Assembly: GCF_964204865.1 (NCBI RefSeq)
Contig: NC_135252.1
Coordinates: 15,314,001 to 15,378,000 of the forward strand
Length of the DNA stretch: 64,000 nucleotides
Reading direction: 5' to 3'
Source of the DNA: Styela clava
Lineage: Eukaryota
Shown: piece by piece, positions 49,955 to 61,300 of the stretch
Numbering within the stretch: position 1 is the first letter of the stretch
Layout of the letters: the number at the start of each line of letters is the position of its first letter
The notes under the pieces: generated by a model
Database searches by the model: none
Seen by the model: only the letters and a program-made list of their open reading frames with translations
Told to the model about the DNA's origin: nothing
Translations under genes and position numbers: made by a program

Positions 49955-50490
49955 CAACTTGTGGAAGAATGCTTGGCGAGGATGAAAGATCCTCAGCTAA
50001 AGTGGAGTGAGATTCTCAGCTCAACAGTCGGAAACCTGTATATGCAAGAGCTTACGAGTTGTTATCTCAGTAGTGAATTTGGTCACGGTACAGTTTAGCT
50101 TACTTACCGATATGACCAAAAGAACTCTTATTGATTGTTATCCAATATTTCTCATTGCTGATAAATTTAATCTTTAATACAAAAAATTGCGATATTATTT
50201 GAAGTTTTGATTTTTCCGTTATACTGGATTATTTTTCACAATTACGGTAGATGCTAGTATCGTGTCTTCACAGAGAACAAGGTTCTATACAAGCGCGCAA
50301 CAATTGTGTTAAGAACTAAATTGAACCAGGGATCTTTGCGCGTTAAACTCTGCTGACTAGTCACAGTGGTGTGAATCAACAAGTCAACACTGGAGTGGTA
50401 CTAGATCAGAGATGGCGAACCATTGACTCATGGGTCACCACCATGTTTCGTTGACCCACTAAGTCATGATAATGAGCGTACAAATATTTT

Positions 50491-50690
50491 AGTACTCCCA
50501 TAGTGTGTGTACCAGGTTAAGGCCATAATTTCATTTGGATTTTAGTTCTATTACAAGTTCGGTAATTGTCTGTGTTAACCGAGTGAATATACCCCCTGCC
50601 CACAGGCTTCAGTCTCTTTACACAACTTGATGTCAAGTAGGCAAAACAAAATTAGTTACCTCAAAATTGGCACACACACTTCTGGAGCGC
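50491..50690 (+). mobile_element. MITE of the 59095-59329 family
   Basis: gtactccc..agtgtgtgtaccaggttaaggccataattt...cacacttctggagcgcc. Confidence 0.7.
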
Positions 50691-50999
50691 CAGCATTTCA
50701 GTGATGAAAATTGATAACGAACCGGGTTTTATTCTAATATGAGAACTATCATCATATATGCCGATCCCTGTGACATTGCTGTTGCAACATTTAACTATAC
50801 ACTTGGTTAGCTGATTTTCTTTCACAGGTGCATAAACAGAAATGGGTCTCAGCGTTTTATCTACACAGGCGAGAAATGGATGCTACTTTGTGCCGTTTGG
50901 AAAACACAAACTACTACACAATACTAACCAAGGAAATAAGACTTGGAAAGATGGAACTGCACGTTTCTCATTGATGCAAACTGACTAACTACCTATGAC

Positions 51000-51381
51000 T
51001 AGGGCTGGGCATTTTTGAATACCTGATGATTTCAGAATGGAATCGAATATTTTTTTCGAATCGAATCTCGAATACTTGGGGAGATATATAATTGTGTGCG
51101 ACTTTTTTATTGTAATTGGTCCTGTCAACAAATAAATTACTGAAAACATGGAATACACCACTCAGACAGATTGCGGAGCGTTCTCACGTAATAAGAAACA
51201 CGTTCTATCAATAACTCGCAACAGAAAATAGCTACCGTATATGTCTGAATTGCGTTGAAAAAATATGGCTTCAATAAAAAAAATTGATGAATTCACCTCG
51301 ACCAGTGGTAGAAATGAAAAAACAAGATGGCGGCGATTCGAAATTTTGCTCAACCAATTCGAATCGAAATGCCCAGCCCTA
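51000..51381. mobile_element. hAT MITE
   Basis: TIR TAGGGCTGGGCATTT / AAATGCCCAGCCCTA, perfect 8-bp TSD CCTATGAC, internal CGAAT repeats. Confidence 0.92.
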
Positions 51382-52303
51382 CCTATGACCCATGGTCTTC
51401 ATTTCTTCAATAAAAATATAATTTTTGACCCATTCCTTAAAAAACGTTTGTCCTGTACCAGCTGAGCCGTTTAATATCAAGGTACATACAATGTAAAATC
51501 AGCTAAATTAAGGATCGAATCATTTTTAAGCAGTATTATTTTATTATTAAAGATATAAGAAAAAATGGGAGATAAAAATGCAACCAACATTGTAATAATA
51601 TAAAAAGAACATAAAAAAATAACCTGAAATATATAAACTTTTCTTCCCGTAATCAAAACTTATCCATTTTCACACGATACAAATGATAGAATTTTGTTTT
51701 ACAAAATTACCCTGATCCAACAAAAGAAATTTACAAAACCTCCCTCAACCAACAAATCCCTGTAGTTCAGTGTTGAAAATTTTCAGGATTCCCATTCTCA
51801 ATTTTCCCCTGAACCACTACCAAACCCCATTCACTTAGCAACCATGAAGGAGGTGTAAATAAATTCTACGTACTTGATATTGGTCGAAGTCGTTCGGGAA
51901 TATTGTGCTCTTGTCATTAATTTTGTCAGGATTATGTGGTTTTAAAAACTTAATCTGACCATTTTTACCAAGCTTTGTCAAGATTCAACTCGGAACATAA
52001 CATGCAATTAAATTCACCTACAAGCAATTTTCTTTGCATAAAAGTAATCCCATTTAATGTCGGCCAAAAAAACTCAACGTTCCAAATGTTTAGCAAAGAA
52101 TTAAAACTGTCAATAAATTAATTAGTTCAAGCATAAACAGTGGATTATAGCCAAATGCTTGAATTATTGACAAAATTTTGGGAATTGGAAGCATGACAGT
52201 GGCTTTCGATATTTCTATTTTCACGCCACAAATAGAATGATTGGCAATGTAAGGCGTCTGCAATCACATTTTTATTATATATTTGCATATAAATGTGCTT
52301 AAA

Positions 52304-55300
52304 CTACTCTTTTGCTGCTTTTTTAGCATTCCATAATAAAACTAAATGTTCCGGTATAGTATTATTTTTCATCATTGTACGAAACTTGTCTTTCAGCATG
52401 ACTGAAGTTCTGCTATTAAAGACCTCGTATCCGTCATCTAGTATTGTCGACCAATTTCCTGGTCCATGTTTCTCAAGTCCCGAAAGAAATTCTTTGACTT
52501 CAGCATCTGTCCACAGGTTTCTCCTTGAAGTAGCTGACTGTCGTTGCATCCTTGATATTTCACGTTGTCGTTTTTCTCTGATTTCTTTTGTGTAAGAATC
52601 TCGGCGATGACTCTTCCTTATCCTTTTTCTTGGAGATTCGTCAAATTTTTTAAAGGGCTGCTTGAAATTATTTAGGACGCTTGGACGAATAGGAGATCCC
52701 ACTGGAATTGAAACATATAAGAAGAATAGAAGAAGCAAAATAAGTAGTTCTACATTCAAATGAAATGGACTCGTAACTTCAGACAAACATTTTAAGCCAT
52801 CTCTATATTTTAACCCAGATCTAGGAGCTGATTCTAAATCACAATTTCTCCATACCCACAGATTCATAATTCACCTTATAAGATAGGCTCAAGCAATTGT
52901 TGTTTTTTAGTATGAACAACTACCATGAAACTCCAGCCCAAAGGTAGTTTCGTGGCAGTGATACACAAATAAGGGTTTCAGATTAAACTGGTGACACTAA
53001 TATTTTAAAAACTACAATTATAAATGCTGTTAAGTTCTTTTTTAACTTTGGAAATAAATTTCCAACTTTTCGAATGCAGAAAAATTTAAAAAAATTGCTT
53101 GCATTACATTGTTTCACATGTCTTCTTCTTTCAAGTTGAGGTGATGGTGAACGTGACGTTGAATTACTGCTACTACTTGCTTCCAGCAAACTTGGGGACT
53201 GCTTCCGCAAAATGAATTTTGGTCGCCTCTATCAGAAAAGAAACAAAGAGAATAAAATGCTGATTGGTCTAAAACTCCAGCACGTGAGAAAAATGTCAAA
53301 TTTTATGCAATATGCTTAAAACATGGTTAAATGTTTACTACTGCCTACTGTCGCAGACGATCTCATATATACGATTCAAACTTCTGAAAACTGATAACAG
53401 GCTATCTGACCCCATACCCAATATGAATTAGTAACCAGACGAGAGGCCGGGATTTACCATATGATTAAGGCGTCTGATCGGCTCCTGGGATAAATATGTA
53501 AATCATGTTCTATATATCTTTACATCAGGGTTATCAGTAGATAACAGTTCTTCAGCAGAGATGTGACAGTAATATTGCACTCAAGGGCATATCATTGATC
53601 TGTACCAGGTGTAGCATGAAATTTGTGTCTGAGGGCAATTTCCTGCCCTATCAAAACAAGATAACAAATGTACCGTTTGAGTTCCTGCATCAATAGATTT
53701 ATTCAATTTTGCATTAGATTTTTTTGATTTCGATTTTCTCTTGATAGGAGCTGAAATACAAGCACCGGATTAATTGAATGATTTTCACAAGATGAAATCA
53801 TGTACATCTCATCTTAATCATTAAATGTGATAGGTTTCAAACTTTGAATTATCTGAATTGAACCAAAAGCTAGGAATAACGATGGATATATGGACCCAAT
53901 TATGATTTGAGTGGCCCTCTCCAGAGACAAAGGGTTTGATTTGTAGTGTATTTTGTGAAGACTTTTTTTAAAAAAAACTAAAAAATTCGTACTTGATTGT
54001 TCCAGCAGCAATTCCTCTTGAAATTCTTTCTCTGATGCAATTTCTTCAATACTTGAATGACTCGATTCAATTTGTCGTCTTTGAAATACTGATGGTTTGT
54101 TTGGAACAGTCACTGAGCTTATATCACTCTATTATAATGAAAAGGGCAGCATAAATAACATTTTTTACATCATCTCGATAGGAAAAAGGGTCGACATGAT
54201 TGAATAATTTGCAGTCTGGTTACAAAGTCAAGTAGAACAACTAGATCAGGCAATCATTTCAGATATACAGATCTGATGCCATCACACAAACTTGACAATT
54301 TTATTAACAACAGTTTCCATTTTAAATGAATACTTTACTCATATTTTTATGAACTTTTGCAACTCTAATAGACACAACTAACAATTTTATTATATACCTC
54401 TGGACTGTCAACACTCTCTCTGCCAGAATCTCTGAAAAAAAAAAATATTCTTGATTATCAAACCCAAAAAAGCACAAAATCCAGTCGAAGACTGTTAAAC
54501 GCAGGAAATTAGGAATTTAATGAAAATTCAGGATAGTGATAAGAAGCAATTATGGATTCGGATCACCATTAACGTCAACCTGAAGTATAAATAAAAAAAA
54601 ATAATCCTTAATTACTATAATCACAGTAATATCTCGGTAGTCAAACAACTCGATACTCGAAAAATTCGGTAGTCGACCAAAGTATACCAAAGTCAAAATT
54701 CTGTGATACTCTTAACGAAAATTCGGAGCTCGAACACTCGAGCCAAGTGCGGCCTAGTAAGATGACTCCACCCGAATCGCGCATCTCGACTGCCTCTCGT
54801 CTATTCAACAAGCATCAGTTCAAGTCAGAACGTTAGCGGGATAACAAAAATTTTGTGATTTAGTGCTTTTTTGCCGTTGATCAAAGCTCCAAAAGAGTGA
54901 GTGTAAAAGTAAGTGATAAAAAGGAAAACAGTGAAAAAAACTAGTTGAAAAAAGGTAGGTGTTCGAATGTGTGACCTCGTCTTACAGCATGGTGTATGTT
55001 TTATTTATGAGCTTTAGGCACGATTAAACAATTTTATTAAAATAATGACCATTGTTCAAGACAAAAAAAGATTTGGTACTGGAACAAATCATTAGTCGAA
55101 CACCAATTCTGAACGAATTATGTTCGACTACCTACGTTTAACTGTAATTTTATCCAACTATTGTAAAATATATTCATTTTATATTCATTCAATAATGCCT
55201 CACTTTTTGCTTTGACTCTGAATTCTGTTCTGAAGTTCATCAGTAACAGCTTCACATCTTCGTTGCAAATTTTCATCACGACAAAAAATTTCACGATCAT

Positions 55301-58300
55301 CTTCATTCACATAAATTTGACCGTTTTCTATCATTTCATCCCACCTAAAGAGTTTGGGTTAACCCCAAAAGAGGAAAGATGATAAGGCCATCTTTACGGC
55401 AAACCCTGGCTAACAAGCTCAAGTTGGTTATTAAAATGACAGTGTCGGGTTGAGGTCACTGAATGGTAATCAGTTGAGTCGCCAAGTAATGTTACTCAAA
55501 TGACTCAAAGAAAATTTTGGGACCTCCTGAAGTATGCGCGCCAAGATGGCGCACAACCTGAACCCACGTTGTGTACCAGGTTGGGGTTCAGGTTATGCGA
55601 CATCTTGGTGCGCATACTTCAGGAGCACCAAATTTTGAATAGTCGCCATTTTTTTCTTTGCCAAAGATCAAATGCAAATTGACATGTGAATTCTTTTCTT
55701 TAGAGTGATTTAATGATGAAACATGTTTGTTATCGTGTGTGGACACTCAGCCAACTGTATGAGTGATGAATTCTATGCTTTCAGTAATTTTAGTAGTTTG
55801 GAGGACTCATTACAATAAGTATTCAGGATTCAAAAAAATAATCAATTCGTTTCTGAAAGCACCAGTTATTCGGAAATGCCCAGCCCTGATTACTTCTTCA
55901 CAAGTAACTTTTAACCTGTTCTGCATATCAGTTGTAGTAATATTTGAATTGAAATTGAAATATCCCTTTAACATTTCCCATCTCATGCCTAGATGTCTCG
56001 CACCACATAACAGATAAGCATCTTGTTTAGGTGTGAATGCAACAACTTTTGACTGTCTTGAAAATCTTGAACCAGACGATTTCTCGACATGATTTCTCTC
56101 CGATGAATTTATTGACATCATGTCAAACCTAGAGAAATGACATGAATGATAAGAGTGACAATTTTTTATTTAAAAAAAAACACATTTGTAGAATTGGTAA
56201 ATTGAATAACATACTTTATTTGACTGATTCAAAGTGAACTGACTCATACTAAGTTCACTGATATATCAGGTGAATAAGGGATGGGCGTACAAGTAAGTGT
56301 GGTCAGAACCTTCCCCCCTTTTTGATATGTAAAAAAGGCATTTTCCTGTATCATACTTGAAGCGCTTCTTAGACCCTCAAGAAAAAACCCAAGTTTTCCA
56401 GCCTCATGCCAGACCCGCTAGTCGTTACGGTCTTACTTGACAATTCGAATTTTCAGACCCCCTTCGAAAATTCTTGGGTGTACCCCTAAATTAAGGTTGC
56501 CTACCTTTAATTAAATCTAGCCTGTGTTTTTATCAGTGTTTGAATCCTAGTGCCTTAGTGGCAATAAAATTATTTATTTTGTTGTTTTCAATAATTATAT
56601 CTTGATATCTAATTACTTATACATATTGATATCTAATGAGTTCGGATGATTTGAATTTTGGAAGTCTTATACTGTATAGCGAAATTTGAAACTGATAATA
56701 GTGCAAAGATAATGAAATTCATTAGAAAACGGTTAAGCATGATACACTATCTTCATAATTCTGCTCAAATTAGGTTTTTGTGACTTGAGGGAAGCAGTAC
56801 TGCATTATACAATTCTGCTTTGCAATTACCACTGAATTCTCTGAAGCTATGTATTACATCGCTGAATTTTGATCTCCTTGCACTCATATTTTACAGAAAA
56901 AGATAGGATTTTTGTTGGGGGCATACTAAATCTACATTAGATATGATATAATCACATAAAATGGTAACAACAACGAGCAATCCGCATTATAATAATACTA
57001 AGGCATAAAAAATTGAACTTATAACTATCTCTCACTCTTGTTGTCGAGATGATGACTTCTTTGTATTATCATCACTGTCTTCATCGATTTCATTGTGTGG
57101 CAATAATTTTCTTTTTATCACAGGTTTCACTTGTTTCTTGACAGGTTCACTTCTCCTTGAAGCTGGGGAACCTCTGGTAGATGAACCTGTATATAAACAA
57201 TAGTAAAAGTAGTACCAAGGCTATGTATATCGAACTGCAGGTCTTTTCACATTGACATCTTACTTCGGATCCGTACCTGGTCGTTGCCTCAAGGATGCTT
57301 AACGAGATGAAAAATAGGAATAAAATAATCTCTTTTCATGAAATAGTAAGTATAATTGTAAGCTTCCATTGGGTCATTGTCCGACTTTTTATAATTAGAA
57401 ACCTATTTGTAATAATCTTGATAGAAAGCAGTTAGGCATAAATAGTCAACCAGACATTCCAAGCATAAAGAATGTTTTTTGCGTCCTTTCGCATCCACAA
57501 AAAGTCTAACACCATGAATGACAAAAAGAAATTACATTTTTCCCAAAGAATATTTGCACATGTTTGAGGTAGCATTGGCTTAATCATATCCGAGAACATT
57601 GTTTGGTTTCTCGCAGTTAGAAATGACAGTGCATGAAAATAAGTGAAAGTACTGTGGTAAGGTGTTTTGGTGCTTGGAACACCATGTGTAGAAGACAGTA
57701 AAGATGAAAAAATTATTCTAATCTGATAAAAACAAAGTCATGCAACGAAGTAAATTTTATTTTCTGCCCTGATTGAGATATTGCCCCACAACTAATGAAT
57801 ACCCAAATGTGCGTAACCTTGCACGTTTCATTGGGAGCAATGATAGGCAATTGCTTAACATCAAGAACAAATAGTTGATTTATATTATAGGAACACAGAC
57901 CATAATTCCAACTTTATTCTTGACTCAACTCATTCAGCTATAGTATCACCAGTCTGTGTTAGGAAAAAAGTGTACATACCTCTGTCATAGTTATTATATC
58001 TTTTGTTAGCAGCATTTTCATTCTTATCCTTATTCATTTTAGCTTCAGCTGCCGCTAGCTTTGATTTTAAAACTAGATTCAGCACATTGAAATCACCATC
58101 ATCCAATATTGCAATGTGTTTTAGTTTGATCAAGTTCCGAAACCTGAGAATAAAATTTTCTTTTTGGAATTGACTAATTTATTTGTTTTAAGGAAAAGCA
58201 AACTAAATGTTATATCAAACTGTAGTGACGCAACGAATAAAAATGAAACATTTTATATAAATTTCAATGCTAGATCCCAATGTGGGCTTGATAGCATAGT

Positions 58301-61300
58301 GGTTTGAGAAATGGACCCAACTTTCAGCTGCCTATCTCACCTATCCTTGATCTTAACATTTGTGCAGCCTTGTGGAAATGGAAAAGCATTTAATGTTTTT
58401 GTCCATTGTCCAATCCCAAAATGCCGGCATCCAACGACAATATAGGAATCCAGGTCGCATGTGAAAGGTATTCGTCTTCTGCTACTGTATGTTCGACTAC
58501 TAACTGATGAGTGAAATGTTGAATTCAAATCTTCAAATCTAAATATGGAAACAGCAAATAAGTTGCTTTTAAAATTGGGAAATTTCATTGTTTTGCCTTG
58601 AAATGACCAGGCTTTAGTCTACAGCCTCTACACCAAATTTGAAATTCAAAGTGATGAATAAATGCGTTTATATAATAATTCACAATTGGGAATCTTGCGA
58701 TCTCATTCATTCAATGTGGATATATCAGCTGGGTAATGCACTTCAATATTTCAAAAATTTTAATTTTGTTTGCTTGATAATACGAGCTTGAAAATGTCGT
58801 TCAATTCCTTGCATCAAACATTTGTTAGTATCGATATCACAACTATTAATTCATTCAAAAGCGTCAGTAACTGTTCCTCATTAGTGTTTCGATTCTTAGG
58901 TGAGGTTACTTATTCCGTTTGAGCTATGCCTGTCAATAATCAATCATAAGTTCCTGATGGATCCTAGTTGATGTGACATGGATGGACAGTTAAACGGAGT
59001 AAATAATCAAACCCTCAATCAAGTTAAAAAAAGTGAACATCAAATTTTAACGCTGTAAATGGAACCAGCTTGAAATTCAGATTCAAAAAAATACGGTACT
59101 CCCGAAGTATGTGAACCAAGATGGTGGTCACCGAAACGTAATATGTGTAGCAGGTTAGGGTTAGGCCATAATTTTATTCCAATTTTCCTTATTTTAGTTC
59201 TATCAGGAGTTCGGGGACTATCCAAGTGACTCCCGAAGCATTTGCACCTGGAATTTTGTCTAACTCTAACCTGGTACACACACTACGTTCTGGTGTCCGC
59301 CATCTTGGGTCACATACTTCAGGAGAACCAAAAAATTCAAGGAACAACTATATTGGAAATATCCTAACATTCAAATTGGCGTAGTATTTTTCTTTGTAAA
59401 TTTTTTTATTTTTTTTTTGCGCCATGACTTTTGTTCAAAATAAAAGATATTGTATTTTATCATCTTCTTACCTTTCTCCTAATAAGAGATTTCGTGGAGA
59501 AATATCTGGCTTGTAAGGAGCCTTTGACAAAGCCTCTGAAATAAAAAAACAAAGTAATGATTCCAAGACATTTGAAACATCAAAGACTGACATCAATATT
59601 TTAAAATATATTGTGAAATAAAGACTAATCGATAAGTGACTCACTTGCTCAAAAAATACATATCAACCAAAAAATACATATCAGTTAAAATGATATGGTA
59701 CTCAGGTGTGCTCAAACATCCGAGTGCGTCGTCCAGACAGATGAAGCCATCCCGAGTCGCACATCTCGGTTGCCTCGAGATCACTCAACAAGTAAGCGAT
59801 GCTCAAATATATCATTCGAACAAATTGATAGTCGAACACCAATACTGAACAAATTAAGTTCGACTACCGATGTATCACTATATTTAATATTTCAAAATTA
59901 ATGAATGCAATCAATAATCAAAATAATGTATGACATGAAATTCTGTAGTTAGACTATTGTATACTCTTCAAGTTAGGTCTTGTGCCATAATACCATTTAT
60001 GTGTTATATCCCCATTGTTTTCAACTTTCAAAACATTTTTTTTTTCAAGTTTTGTTTGATTTTCTTAAATTTCTGTTGAAATATAGTTTTTATCAAAGCA
60101 TATACACAAACTAATTGTGCAGGTCACAGAACTGGCAATTTAGTTAAATATGTAAGAGGATGTAGTAATTATCTTGAACGGAATTGATTTCTGATATTAC
60201 TAAAAACTTTTCTCCATCGATATTAAAAAGATTCATAATAATGCTTACCTGCTGTTAAAGGTGCATATGCTTTCTTTTTACTTTTTACATATGGTTGCTT
60301 TGAACTTCCAGTCTCAATTTCTTCAATTTCATTATGAATTTCTCGGCAGTGTTTCACGATATGTTTGCAAGGAATTATTATACCTGAGAAGTCGGATTTA
60401 ATATTAGTAAATGTTTTAGTTATAAATGCAAAGTTCACTCTCACTTCATAATCAGCAAAATCATCAATCAAGTAATAAATGCAAGCTAAACAGACAACTG
60501 TTTTCACTTTGATATATATTCTTACAGAATTAACAATCAATTACGATGTCCTTTAAAATCTGTTCATAGAACAGACTAGAGTGAGATATTGGTAAATTTA
60601 AACCACACAAGCTGAAGATTAGAATCCACTAACGTTTTCGCTGTCCTGTTTAACAATAGCGGAATTCCAAGACACTGGCAATCATATCAGATATACCGGC
60701 ACCAAAACAAACTTTTCCATAATGAAATAATACCTGAATTATGAATTTGCTTCTTTAGTCTGTATGTGAGACCTATTTTTGGATCTAATTTTTCCATACT
60801 ATTGTTATCATTGGTTGTGTCTTCATCACTTTCCTGATCTTCTTCACTGTCTGGAATTTCAATCAATGGTTTTGTTTTTGCAATTTTCTCTTGTACATTT
60901 CCTGAATCTGATGACGAAACTAGAAAAAAGAAACAATGACTTTGTATTGACAATAAATACATGATGGAAGGTTGTCCTTATTGAATAGCTTACTAGCCTA
61001 AAATTTTTTTCCAAAACTTCAACTCAGCTTCAACAAAATGAATGAGAGTTTGATAAACTAAAAATTCACAAGAAATACACACTTTCGATCACCAGAATGC
61101 ATTAAAAAACGTCATTAATTTTGCTTATACTATGTTGTTAAGAATACTCATTATGGTACTATCAGATGACAATATAGCTCCAAGTTTCTATCTACAATTT
61201 GACAACTAGATTTATTGGAGTATTCCATTTCCACAACCTAATTCTAAAATATTTCAAAACAAAGAAAAATATTTTGATTTTGTATATTCTGAACCATCCT

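Noticed and set aside
52702-52867. N-terminal part of the 187-aa ORF with an apparent hydrophobic segment (LLILLLLFFLYV)
   Set aside because: It is the translated polypyrimidine tract of the last TERF intron; the acceptor is at 52702.
55810-55915. ORF-track continuation LKVTCEEVIRAGHF... after Myb-B
   Set aside because: It is intronic. The donor at 55915 joins the exon at 55344 to complete helix 3, and the continuation is mostly a hAT MITE fragment.
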